Source: the human T2T-CHM13v2.0 reference genome, Homo sapiens
DNA: 64,000 bases
Assembly (NCBI RefSeq): GCF_009914755.1
Contig: NC_060927.1
Direction: 5' to 3' (one strand)
Positions 10,813 through 24,703 of this stretch are shown here, in pieces (within the stretch, counting starts at the first letter, position 1; every line of letters starts with the position of its first letter). Position numbers and translations under genes: made by a program. The notes below the pieces were generated by a model, which was not told where the DNA came from, did not search any database, and saw only the letters and a program-made list of their open reading frames with translations.

Positions 10813-13199
10813 TCTCTACTCCAGTTATTTCTCCATAACCCACGTGTAAGATCTAATTATGTCCTACTTCACTGCTTCCTCTTCCCTGCTTTAGATACTA
10901 TAATAGAGTTTCATTGTTCTTTGGCTAAAGAAACTTAATTTGGCCTACAAGCATAAAAATAGTCTGGCATAACAATGAATATTTGTTGAATAACTAAATA
11001 AGCAAGTGTCCAAAGCTTCTGAAGTATGTTTTGCTGTTGTAGTTCTGTATTATCATTTTTGTAAATACCAGCATTCAACAAAGGGATCTTTGTGGTTAAG
11101 ATGCTCTCATAGGCTTCTATGATGAATTTTGGCTGGAATAAAGCATGCAATTTTCTTATGCCTAGGAGGAAAGAAGAAAGATGGAGAACACTTGGTCAGG
11201 TTGACCCATCATAATTCTTCAGTGTACCATTAAAAAACAAAAAGAACAAATGTCCTTCAGTACCGCAGATCACATAGCAACTGAGGGCTCAGTGAATGGA
11301 ACATATCCAGTCATTACAACTGGTTGTACATTTCTGGCTTTAACTTGGCAAGTTTTATTTAGGTGATTTCATCGATGAGGGGACCTGCAGATCACCAACT
11401 CTGCTTCTCCTTTCCTTCTTCCCTCTTGTGAATCAAAAGTGAATTCCCTTTTGTGAATCAAAACTTTAAGATTCACAATTCATCAAGATGACTCTGTTGG
11501 TGCATCATAAATTGGGCAGATTAGATTTTGTATATTTTTAGCTCCACAAATCATAATTTATGAGTCTCTCTGTTGGATGCAAAATGATAAGAAAAATATG
11601 GGGAAATGTGGGGAACAGGGTGAGATAATCTCATTTGAATTAGACAAATGAGGCCCTGCTGAAAAAGAACACCCAGTGTCTCTGGACAAATTTATGAAGT
11701 CAAAACAAAAAATAATTACAGTGAAGAAATGGCTGGTGCTGGATGAACCTGCTTCATTTCTAATGTTGGTTGGCAGCTCTTCATCCTGATTATTCCATCT
11801 GGAGATAATTGTGTGATATCATCCATAAAATTAAATCGTAAATCAACCCAACTAGTGCACAGGCCAGAAAGCTGCTGAGAAAGCCACGTGTAGGAGTGGT
11901 GAGACTTCTTATCTTAATGAGAAGTATGGGAGAGAAATTAACAGAAAAAGACAAGTAAGGGTGACCCTCAGCATGTCCACAGGCTCACTTGCAGACAGCT
12001 GCTGCCAAAATCTATGCCCCAGTAGCATTAGGACAGCCAGCATCCTGCCTGCATTACCAATTTGTTGATGAGAAAAGAATGTTCTATTCATGAATGAAAT
12101 TGTGTTTTGCTTTTTGGAGATTGCTGCTTTGAGTTGTGGATGTCCAAAACGAAGGCACCTCATTTCCTTTCCTAATGAAATGTTAACAGTGATGGAAAGT
12201 CTACAAACATAACAAAAGTTTTATACAAGAACATTTGGCCAAACATCCTCACTAGGCCTAGTTTTTGATTTAAAAAGTATGCCACCAGTCTTTGATTTTT
12301 GTTAGTAAATTAGCTGTGGTCAATTTGCAGGTTATTTTTTTGACAAGACTTGCCTTTTTCAGATAAAAACATGTGATTTTAAAGCAGTTAATTATGACTC
12401 ATGAAAGAATAAAGTTATTAAAATAAGGACAAATATATGATTTAAATAACTCCTGTTGATTGCCCTGAGTGCTTTTGCTGTGGCCAGAAAATTAGACGGG
12501 ATCAAAAGTCCAAGGTCATCTCATGCTTCCTAATAGCTCAGGCTCGAGCAAATGGCCTAAGGCATATATTTCTTTGGGTTGAATCATTAGACAAAATCAA
12601 CCCCATTGGCTTTGGAGATTCCGTTTGTGACCATAATAAATGCAGAGTCCAGCTGTACATTGATTTTCTAAATTTTCAAAGTAGCAATAGTAACAGATGT
12701 TGAGAAGCTGGCAGCTTGTGAGCATCTGCGTTGGGAAGGTCACTGTGACACTCAGCAAAAACATAACTGGAAGAACAATAATCAAGATAAATCCTTTCTT
12801 GTCCTTTACCTTCAGCCTACACCTGACAATATTAGTTCCAGTACAGCAATAAAAGTCACCAGCTCTGAAAAATGCATATTCTTTTGTTTTGTTTTCATTG
12901 TGTTATGTACATATAATGCATGTATTTTGAACTTTATATACCTGTAAGTGTAGAGGCCTACTTTGTTTGGACAATTCTAAAATGTGAGCCAATAAGAAAA
13001 TGAAAAATCTTCATAGAAAAAAAAGAACAATTTGCCTGTCTTTAATTACGGGTATTTTCTTGCCTCCATCTCCTGCCCCTACTAATGCCCATTGTCTGCT
13101 TTTCATTTTGGCTAATCTTAACTAGAAACTAGAAAACCACAGATACCAATTGTATAATAATGAACAGCAGCACCAGAATTCAATTTTTATTAGGTTTAT

Positions 13200-13570
13200 T
13201 GTATTGTTTAAGAGTCTTAGTTGCAAACCTCAAAAACTCAACTCAAGTTAGTCTATACAAAGAGAATGAATTTATTGTAAAAACTAAATTTACATAAAGA
13301 TCTAGATATTTATATCTAGAGGTGAACTAGCTCAGATACAGCTGCATCCTAGTCTCAATCCTGTTAGCTCTCCTACTGCCCTCTTTTCCCTACCTCTCTA
13401 CCTCTATTTCCATTTCCATCTTTATCTCCTTCTATCTATTTCTTGAGTTTTATGTTTGCATTTGGCTTTAGACTCAGACTCTTTTTATAAAATGAACAAA
13501 ACCCCAAGTTATAGCAGGCTTATATATTATTTGAGATCCATGACTTCAGAGAGTACATATTTCTCAATGA
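13200..13570 (-). mobile_element. old MLT1 (K/L-like) LTR remnant
   Basis: tgtattgttaagagtcttagttgcaaac...aactcaactcaagttagt...aatttattg. Confidence 0.5.
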
Positions 13571-13579
13571 CTTCAGCAA

Positions 13580-14370
<791 letters not shown>

Positions 14371-15281
14371 TTCTTCCTTTGTAGATAATTTACTTTTTCT
14401 GCCCCTTAGGTAGAAATGCTATCAAATCTGATACCTCTTGCATTTCCTTCACAGCAGAAAAATTATGGGTCAGATTTTATACAACATTCAAGATTGGAAT
14501 TAATGTAATATTTTTACCACTGGGGCCATTCTATCTTTCAGGCTAATTTCATTAAAAGACATCATAAATTTAAATATTCCTTCTAATTTTTTAATAATCC
14601 AGAGAATTAATGTAAAAATATTTGATTTTTCTTCAAATATTGTATGCTATAACCTATAGATTTTTTTAAGTTAGTTTATTGAAGGCTATATTTAACAATT
14701 ACTTGGAAGAGGACATTTAGGATTTGTCTGATAAAGCTCTTGGTGCTGCAGTGGGCAGTGCCCAGTAGGCAAGACAAAGAAGAACATTGGGACAAATAAA
14801 ACTTTATTTACAAAACAGGCAGCCAGCCACAATTTGTCAATTTAATTGTTTAAAATATTGAATCATAACACTACCTACCTTGATTACTTGGTTATTTTTT
14901 GGCATCCTCTTAAACTTTTTTATCTAAGGATAGTGTTTCACCCTAGTCCCAGTTTTGTTGCTACTAAGCTAAAAGGAGTTTGTTAAGCTCAGGGCATTGT
15001 ATTCAGGAGGAAAACTATGAGTAGAAAGATTAAGAGCCAAAAGAATCTATCCATAGGGTCATCAGTGTGGACGCTCAGATTTCAGGGGAAGCCAGGCTCA
15101 CTTCCAGAGGGTTGGAAAAAGCATAAACCTATTTTGTGACATCATCTTTCAAACGAAGCTAGCCTAACCATCGCAGTAAGTATGTGAGTGCTTTGGTTGT
15201 TTCCCTGGACCAAGGAAGTGCTATTAAATTTTTTGAAATGTGAAGAGGAGGAAATAATTTATAAAATGTGACATTTGATTC

Positions 15282-15452
15282 TCAGTCTTGCTGTTAAAAA
15301 ATGTGGTCCATAGTCCAGCAATATCAGTATCCCTTGCTTGCTTGTTAAAAATGTAAATTCTCAGGCCACATCTCTTACTTACTGAATCAATATCTGCATT
15401 TTTAACAATATTCCCAAGCAATTTTTATATACATTAAAATATGACAAATGAC
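15282..15452 (+). mobile_element. MER5A1-like
   Basis: tgtggtccatagtccagc...cttgttaaaaatgtaaattctcaggcc...ctgaatcaatatctgcatttttaacaa. Confidence 0.75.
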
Positions 15453-15502
15453 CCCTAAAATGGACTATAACATTAAAATAATAAAATTTTTATTATTGTT
15501 TT

Positions 15503-16226
15503 TGAAACTGCCATCACAAAATTATAACTGAGACAGTGAAAGAAATCTGACTAACCAACTCCATCTTGTGTCTAAGCCCCAAGATGTCCTTGTTCATTCT
15601 GGGGCATAGGCTGAACTAACTTTGGGAGGAACTTAGTTTATAGTTTAACTTTGAAACAAAGGTAATAACAGCCCTTTCCCAAAACAAACCCTTTTCCTGC
15701 CTGGGGAACACATTGCCTTTGTAGGACTAACAAATTAGTCACAAGAGTAGAAATTATAGTTTAGGAGTCAGGCAGTTGGAGGCTACAAGATTCTGACCCT
15801 CTCCCTAAATTGCTCCTGGGGACAACATCATTATTATAAAACCTAAGATCAGTGCTAGAGATATTTTGCCAACCATGCACTTGATAGGTCAGCTGGCACC
15901 ATCCAGATCCATAAACTGGCTCATCTGGTCTTGTGGCACCCACCCAAGAACTGAATCAGTGCAAGAGGACAGCTTTGCCTTGCTATGATTTCATTTCTGA
16001 CCCAACCAATTACCACTCCTGACTCCCTGGCCTCCTCACCTGCCAAATTATCTTTAAAAACTCTTATCCCTAAATGCTTGGGGAGACTGATATGAGTAAT
16101 AGGAAGACTCTGGTCTCCCACACAGCTGGCTCTGCATGAATTATTCTTTCTCTATTGCAATTACCCTGTCTTTATAAATTGGCTCTGTCTAGGCAGTGGG
16201 CAAGGTGAACCTGTTGGATGGTTACA
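15503..16226 (+). mobile_element. LTR8/LTR8A solo LTR (ERV1)
   Basis: tgaaactgcc...aaaattataactgagacagtgaaaga...ggctgaactaactttgggaggaacttagtttatag...gggcaaggtgaacctgttggatggttaca; TG..CA ends, 4-bp TSD TTTT. Confidence 0.88.
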
Positions 16227-16537
16227 TTTTTATCTTCTATTCTTACCATTTATATATTACATATAAATTGATTCTATATTATATTATTATAGTAGTGCAT
16301 ATCTATTATTTTGGAGAATATATTCACAAACTTTGTGTTTTTTTTTCATCAACAGAAATACACAACCAAAAATTTTTGGAAACCATTGCTTAGAAGGTTG
16401 CAACTCTGCCCTGCCAGTCCTTGGACAGAGGAATAAAAGAGGAAAGAACAAAGTCTAGAATATTCTAATCTTCTAGAGTAAGCTTCAAGGTTACTCTATT
16501 ATCCAAAAATCATGATGACTAATTAATGTATCCATAA

Positions 16538-16868
<331 letters not shown>

Positions 16869-17904
16869 CCAGGGAACTTCTTTAACTAAATTGCTCACAA
16901 ATGATTTATAATTGTCCTTTAATACTTGAACTTGGAACATACAAGCAAGTTGGATTCACAGCTCAATGCTTAGGGAACTATCAAGTGATAAAGAACAAAG
17001 CAAATTCAGATTTTTCCATAATCCTTTCTTTGACCAATAAATGGAGTCATAGCTAGTCATCTAAAATTCCTCATATGACACTATTTTTTTTTCTGGTTAA
17101 ACAATGAAATGCAAGTATCATGGGTCATTAATAACCTGCTAAATGTTCCATCCTCTAGAAACAGGGAAATTCATGCTAAGGTAAATCCCATTTGTGAGAT
17201 ATATCCTCCTATGTAATAAGAGATGCTTTGACTTGACCACCTCAGTCAAAGGTCAGTTTCTTGCTTTCTTTATTGTTTATCTCTTTCTCCCTTTCTCTCT
17301 CCCTTCTTTGTCCTTTTCGTTACATAATTCAGGTTAAAGGTGACTCACGTTAATAAAAACAACATAAAGAAAAATCAGTCAATGGCTCTTGGAAAGATCT
17401 GAATAATAACATTTAACTTGAGAACTACCTGAGGATTAGATAAGTAGACATTTTAAAGTAATACTTAAATTTATTACTTTTATATATCTGAATGTGACCT
17501 TTGGGGAAAATTCAAATGACAAGTCCCAGGCCAAACAATTTTCTTTTCAGCCTTTGTACTTAAGCTGCTCAGGAATGCAGGCTTATAGCACAAAGAAACC
17601 ACATTTAGATAATTGCCTCTGTTTTCCTGTCCAATTTACAATACTGAGCTTCACTCTTACAGGAGTCCATTTGGGTCTGCACATGAATCTTTCTTATGCA
17701 TGCTTCCTTTGGGCTTCTCAATCACTGTTAGTAAATAACTCTGGCAGGCATCCAAGATTGCCCTAACTCATATTGAAATCCAGTTTTTAGTCAATTATGC
17801 TACAGTGACTTTTGTTAGCACTTGAATGCTACAATTATGGAAAATTTCTTCAAAAAATATGAAAATGAGCAAAAAAGTTTGGCCTTTGAAAGTTAAAATG
17901 TGAG

Positions 17905-18065
17905 AGGCAGAGCAATGCACAGGAAGAACATAGGATTTAAAGTAAAAATTGCTTGTTCAGTAACCTTGGACAAGTTACTTAATCTCGTTCAGTCCCATCT
18001 GTAAAATGCGGACACATTTATTTACTTTATAGAGCAGTAATGATTCTTAAGTGTGATTGATATAA
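17905..18065 (+). mobile_element. MIR
   Basis: gtaaccttggacaagttacttaatctc...ccatctgtaaaatg core. Confidence 0.7.
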
Positions 18066-18069
18066 AAAG

Positions 18070-18600
18070 TTCTTCTTAGAGTAAAATTTCTCTTCTGTCT
18101 TCTTAGGATCTCTGACTGGGTGTAAGCATTAAACCAACATAAGAAAAATTAGCAGGAGAAAAATCTACACATTTTATTCTGTAATTTTTATATCTACGTG
18201 GGAGCCTTCCAAAGAAAAAAATGAAGACCCAAAAAGCAGTGAGAGCTGAAAGTTTATGTACTAGATGGACAAAGAGTAGTGCATTGTGAAAATTTGTCAA
18301 GAAAAAGGGGTTTGAGCTAGGGCAGTTAATTGTGAAAAAATACTAGGTAGATAAGATTAGTTTTAGAAGATTTGTATAGTTTTCTTTTAGCCTTGATTTG
18401 CCAATATGGACGATAAAAATGTCTTTCTTCCTCCTGGTACAGGGAGGGTACCTTTCTCATAGAAATTTTATCTCTTGTTTTCAGGAAGAAAAGGAAGATC
18501 AGAGTGCCCTTTTTGCATCTGTTGTTATTAAATGCTTTAACTCAAAATAATCAGTATGCCAAAGTGGCATATTTTGGGATGGCATGTTCTGAACATGCCT
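18070..18600 (-). mobile_element. MER34-family ERV1 solo LTR
   Basis: ctttaactcaaaataatcagtatgccaaagtggcatattttgggatggcatgttctgaac is the reversed MER34-type 5' end. Confidence 0.7.
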
Positions 18601-19677
18601 ATGGTATGATCTCTGTGGTAACTATTGATATCATTATTAAAATCAACATATTGACTTTGATTCAGATAATGTAAAGTCTTTCTGAGTAAGCCTGGATCAC
18701 TATAACCTGACTGAATCAATCAGCAGTATCCAAAAAAAAAAAAAAAAGCAATGTCAAGTAGAAGGATATTCATCAGCTATGCAAACATAGAAGATTGAGG
18801 GTAAAGGAAAAAACAAAACAAAACAAAACAAAAACCAATGGGAGTGAATTTTCTAGCTCTGGTGAAGGGAAAAGGAGAGGCCTTAACCAAACCCAGTTAT
18901 TTCTGTTCCTCACAATGAGCTGGGTGCTTTAAGATATCCTAAACTGATGCCAATTAGCATTTCAACATTTGAACCATCTAACTCAATAGTTCTCAGCTTT
19001 GGCTGCTCATTATCATCGCCTGGGAAGTTTTCTTTTTTTTTTTTTTTAATAAAATATTTATTCTGGGCTCCATCCCCAAGAAGTTTTGAGCTGACTGTTC
19101 TGGGTTGGGATTAGACATTGGTATTTTATAAAATAGACCCAAGGCAGTCAGATTTGAGATCCATTGATATAGCCACAGGGTGAGGAGTGGGTGGTGGCCT
19201 AGTAATGGTGTCACAACCCAAGCAGAATGAGGAGAACATCCATGTGAACAGGAGAGGGTTTCCAGCCTAAGCATGAACTGTTAGGGCCCAGGTGGGGCAG
19301 GAGAGCATCCCCACGGATGGGTGGCTTGCTGCATAGTATCACAGCCCAAGTGGAATAAGGAAGTTGTTGACGGTGATGGACCTTAGCAAGCAATCTTATA
19401 GCCTGAGCAGGGTGAGGAGGGCATCTGTGATGGAAGTGGGAGGATGGTGACAAAGAGAGGTTGGTTCCATATACGGGTCTAATCAAATAAGAAAATATAC
19501 TCGAAGAATAGGAGTGGGGTGGATCACTGTCAGGGAGGAAAGTTACAAATATGGAAAGGAGAAAAGCCATAATGATTCTTGTGATATTGACTTGAAATTG
19601 GAGGCATTAGAATACATTATAATTTACAGTATGGATAGATAAAAATAGATGGATAGACAGAAGAATGTGTACATGCA

Positions 19678-20109
19678 TTCTATGGTTTGAATGTGTCTCC
19701 CCAAAATTTCAGGTCTTGCCAAATGTGATAGTATTAAGAGGCAGGGCCTTTAAGAGGTGGTTAGGCCAGAAGAATCTTCTGTCACAGATGAAATTAAGGT
19801 CTTAAAAAAAAAAGAGTCTTCACACAACATTTGGCAAGCTTGCCCTTCTGCCTTCCACCATGTGAGGACAAAACAAGAAAGCCTTTACCAGACCAGATGC
19901 CCAGGCCTCCAGAAAACTGTGAAAAGTAAATTTCCATTCTTTTATTATTATTATTTATTTTATTTTTCCATAAGTTATTGGGGTACAGTGGTATTTGGTT
20001 ATATGAGTAAGTTCTTTCGGGATGATTTGTGAGATTTTGGTAATTTCTCTTCTTTATAAATTATCAGCTTGTGGTATTCTGTTACAGCAGCATGAAGCAG
20101 ACTAGGACA
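19678..20109 (+). mobile_element. MSTB-like solo LTR (ERVL-MaLR)
   Basis: ctatggtttgaatgtgtctcccc...ccttccaccatgtgaggaca...ggtattctgttacagcagca...gactaggaca. Confidence 0.8.
19940..20041 (-). mobile_element. ~100-bp L1PB1-like 3' terminal fragment nested in MST
   Basis: T-rich tail + tttccataagttattggggtacagtggtatttggttatatgagtaagttcttt...gatttgtgagattttggt; degenerate TSD aatttc..tctt. Confidence 0.8.
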
Positions 20110-23100
20110 ATACACAAACACACATCTGTACACCAGATACACACACGCACATGCGCGCACACACACACACACACATTTTTTAGTTCTGTTCACTAAGAGA
20201 AACAATATCTCAATAGTAATGAGGACACTTGACACCCAGATCTTGGTTTCTAATATCAATCTCCATGAAAGAAAGCAAGCAGGGCTCCTTGCATAAATGT
20301 CTGATTCCAGAGATAGGACATGGAAAATCCAAGAACCCAGGCCACCTTGTGACAGGAAGGAAGTCTCCAAAGAATGATGGGATATGTCAACAAGACACAG
20401 CAACTAGACAGCAAGAGTTTCCCCTAGCCAAATCTGAGAAAACTATTTTCCTCTGAAAAAAAGAAAACCATGAGTTCATAATAATGTCAATAAACCAGTT
20501 AAAAGTTTGATGAGGAACAGGATATTCACATAGTCTCAATGTTTTTTCTCATGAAATCCTTATTAATTCCAAAGAGAAAATGAATAAGCTTCTAATGAGA
20601 AACCTGTTAGATACCACCTTAATCAGATGAGCACACTTAAATTCATCAATAAAAGGATGAAGCAAAATCGTACGACAACTGACAGAATGCAATGAAAAGA
20701 ACACAGAAACTCATTTGTGATGGGTTCTTGCCGAGGAGGTGTAATCTGAATCTAATCATGAGGAAACATCAGATAAAGCCACACTGAGGAAAATTTTATG
20801 TAATAACTGGTCTGTAATCATCAAAATCATCAAGCAAAGACTAAAGAGCTATTGAAGGAGAATAAAAAGACATGGCAACTAAATGTAATGCTTCATTCTG
20901 AACTAAATCCTTTCTGCCATAGTCTTTATTGGGACAACTGGCAAACTTGAATGTAGTCTGTAGATTAGGAGATATTAATGGATCAGTGATAATTTCACCG
21001 GTTTTGATGATTGCGTTAGGTTTATATAGAAGAATATCTCTGTTTGTAGGACATACACATGAACTTACTGGTGATGAGGTGGGAGGAGATAGGGCATCAT
21101 GTTCGCAACTTGCCTCAAATGGTCCAGAACAAAACATTTTGGGTAATGTCTCTGCAAATTTTCTGTAGTTCAAGTTGTTTAAAAGCAAAACAAAAGACTA
21201 ATGTCTGGTACTTCAAAAGAGAGAACCAGATTCTGCAAGACGATTCCCAGTGGTGATCCCCATTATTTAGTCACTTTTCCTTTGGAGACAAGATTATCAT
21301 TTGGTACTTCTTGATATTTATCTGTCTTCCCCTCTTGCAGTAACTCATCCTATTACTCTCCCTCTCCTAAGCCGGACAACAAGAGCCTAGGGTATGTACC
21401 GTCTTGACACTATGCTTCATGGCTCTCTATATATTCAGAAGTGCCTCTCGCACTTGCAAATTCAAAATTACTCAATACATTTTACCAGTAAACTGCATGT
21501 GAAACGTCTGTGTTATGTAGCCATGTGCACATTATGGTGTTTGCTATCCAAAATCTAAATATCTGAAGGGTAAAGCAAAGTGACAACAATCTCAAAGGTT
21601 GAGTAAGATCCTATTTGGATCATAATATAAGCTCCATGGAAGCTTTATCTTTCAATCATCAAGGCAAACAATAGTGGTTGACATGAAATATGGGCACTCA
21701 ATAAATATTTATTGAATTAGTGAGACAATGAATAAATTCACTTAGCCTTTCTGAATGTCAGCAATTTATAACACTAGTTTCAATAGATTGTCTCTAAAAT
21801 AAGTTCTGCTTATGATTTATTACATCTGATATTACAGCTAGAATTTATATTATCTGACCATGCATTAAGAAGTTTATTCATCTCAGTTCTATCTCATGCT
21901 CTCAGTTAAGACTGAAGGTCTGATAAATGTAGTTCATAGATAACACAATATATTAAAAGAAGCCCAATATATTGAAAGATATATATATATCAATTGATAT
22001 ATATTAATTCTATATATTCAAAGAATTGGTTTTGAACGAACTGAAATCTAATTCCACTTTCCCCCACTAATTAGCTATATTTTTAAACAAGTTATTTTGA
22101 ACTATCTCTGAGCTGCACTTCACTCAGCGTTCTTCAGTATATAGAGAAGGTTAGCTTAGATTTATAATGGTTTATTTTTCTGCTATAAAATGTTGACTCT
22201 ATGATATTTTGCAGATATAGAGCAATAGCTGTGGAAGTTGTGAATTTGGAAAAAAATTACCTCATTATTAAAACTATTCCAGTTAAGAAGCTGGCTTAAG
22301 AATACAGAAAGTGACAGAATAATCTTGCAAAACAACTGTAAGGATATAAATACATTCAGTTTTGTTAATTGATCAGATTGGCATGTATCCCCTATAGAGC
22401 ACTGCGGAATTCACTAGCTTATTTATCATACGTAGAAATACTAACTGTAAGTGGCACACAACAATTACCCCATTGGTAATGGTAATAGTTGTGTTAGAAT
22501 AAGATGACAACAGAGTAGGAGTCAAATTACATGGAATCATTTTGATCCTACTTTCTAGAACATTTTAGGAAAGGTTCAACAAGTCTTAAAGAGCTCTGAG
22601 CTTGTGAATAAAAGAAAATACTAAAATAATTTCAATATGAATTTGATATTTAGCTCTAAAAGCTGCTGCTCAGCCAATGTTTTCCTTGTATCACTATCCT
22701 AATCCATGAAATGAGATGTCTATTTAACTGGTTAACTTTTATTAAGCACTAATTATGACACAGCCATGGTGTTAGACTCCAGCTATAGAACATAAAGACT
22801 CAACTCCTCTTATCAGGGTTTTCCCAGAAGCATTCTGTAAGGCAAGGACTTGGGTGCAGACAATATTTGGAAGGTGATCCTAGGAAGTACAAATAGAGGA
22901 GTGTGGAAAGTGACACAAGTAAGTCAGAAAAGTCAGCTGTTGTATCTATATGAATGGATTATTGCTGTGGGCAGTTAGGACTCTGTCCTACTGAGACACT
23001 TGGAAGAATCATGTAGAACATATATCTCAGAATTGTCCCAATGAGGAACAAAAGAGATGAGTTCTGGTGTGTATTCCTTTCCAGACATGACCACAACAAT

Positions 23101-23638
23101 ATCTCTCATCTGATATGCTCCTCTTATCATGTGACCTTGAGACTCATCTACTCAAGAGCTTGGGTCTAATCCCCTCCCCTTAAATATGGATAAACTTGTG
23201 ACCTTAGTGGAAATGGTGTTACGTGACTTCAGAGACTGGAACATAAAGGGAAATACAGCTTCTTTTAGTTTCTCTTAGGATGCTCACTTTTAGAACTCTG
23301 CCTCCATGTTGTGAGGAGCCCAAACTACATGTGTATGACACATGCAGACGTTCCAGCCATTAGATCCACATGAGGAACCAGCTACAGCCAGCACTGATTG
23401 TCAGAAACTGATTAAGTAAGCTTTCTTTCTTTTTATTATAGTTTAAGTTCTAGGGTACATGTGCACAACGTGCAGGTTTGTTACATATGTATACATGTGC
23501 CATGTTGGTGTGCTGTACCCATTAACTCATCATTTACATTAGGTATTTCTCCTAATGCTATCCCTCCCCCAGCCTCCCACCCTATGACAGGCCCCGGTGT
23601 GTGATGTTCCCCTTCCTGTATCCAAGTGTTCTCACTGT

Positions 23639-24241
23639 TCAATTCCCACCTATGAGTGAGAACATGCGGTGTTTAGTTTTCTGTCCTTGCGATAGTTTGC
23701 TGAGAATGATGGTTTCCAGTTTCATCCATGTTCCTACAAAGGACATGAACTCATCCTTTTTTATGGCTGCATAGTATTCCATGGTATATATGTGCCACAT
23801 TTTCTTAATCCAGTCTATCATCGATGGACATTTGGGTTGGTTCCAAGTCTTTGCTATTGTGAATAGTGCTGCAATAAACATATGTGTGCATGTGTCTTTA
23901 TAGCAGCATGATTTACAATCCTTTGGGTATATACCCAGTAATGGGATGACTGAGTCAAATGGTATTTCTAGTTCTAGATCCTTGAGGAATCACCGCACTG
24001 CCTTCCACAATGGTTGAACTAGTTTACAGTCCCACCAACAGTGTAAAAGTGTTCCTATTTCTCCACATCCTCTCCAGCACCTGTTGTTTCCTGACTTTTT
24101 AATGATCGCCATCCTAACAGGTGTGAGATGGAATCTCACTGTGGTTTTGATTTGCATTTCTCTGATGGCCAGTGATGATGAGCATTTTTTCATGTGTCTG
24201 TTGGCTGCATAAATGTCTTGTTTTAAGAAGTGTCTGTTCAT
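23639..24241 (-). pseudogene. L1 ORF2p C-terminal fragments (CCHC knuckle [18 protein letters not shown]; ...MFSLIGGN end), disrupted
   Basis: ORF track peptides 23990-24241 and 23639-23881 match canonical L1 ORF2p C-terminus. Confidence 0.92.
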
Positions 24242-24357
24242 ATGCTTTGCCCACTTTTTGATGGGGTTGTTTGATTTTTTCTGTAAATTTGTTTAAGTTC
24301 TTTGTAGATTCTGGATATTAGCCCTCTGATCTTTGACAAACCTGACAAAAACAAGAA

Positions 24358-24703
24358 ATGGGGAAAGGATTCCCCCTATTTAATAAATGGTGCTGGGAAA
24401 ACTGGCTAGCCATATGTAGAAAGCTGAAACTGGATCCCTTCCTTACACCTTATACAAAAATTAATTCAAGATGGATCAAAGACTTAAATGTTAGACCTAA
24501 AACCATAAATACCCTAGAAGAAAACCTAGGCAATACCATTCAGGACATAGGCATGGGCAAGGACTTCATGACTAAAACACCAAAAGCAAGGGCAACAAAA
24601 GCCAAAATTGACAAATGGGATCTAATTAAACTAAAGAGCTTCTGCACAGCAAAAGATACTATCATCAGAGTGAACAGGCAACCTACAGAATGGGAGAAAA
24701 TTT
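24358..24703 (+). pseudogene. inverted L1 ORF2p fragment ([37 protein letters not shown])
   Basis: ORF track peptide matches L1 ORF2p post-RT region. Confidence 0.92.

Larger units (their letters stand above)
19520..21190 (+). mobile_element. L1MC3/L1MC4 3' end, interrupted by MST LTR
   Basis: acacccagatcttggtttctaata...cagggctcctt...ctgattccag; tgaatctaatcatgaggaaacatcaga...; ends tgcaaattttctgtagttcaagttg + A-rich. Confidence 0.75.
23427..24703 (-). mobile_element. L1PA4-6-like 5'-truncated L1 with 5' inversion (3' part minus 23427-24325; inverted ORF2 part plus 24326-24703)
   Basis: Perfect 15-bp TSD ttaagtaagctttct at 23412-23426 and 24704-24718; L1 3'UTR and ORF2 peptides on both strands. 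Confidence 0.95.

Noticed and set aside
15057-15175. Candidate exon ending at a strong donor gca|gtaagt
   Set aside because: Weak acceptor and stop codons in all three frames; no support beyond the motif
21983-22004. 22-bp perfect palindrome atatatatcaattgatatatat (also 13301-13320 hairpin)
   Set aside because: Short AT-rich palindromes are expected from (AT)n slippage; no further structure
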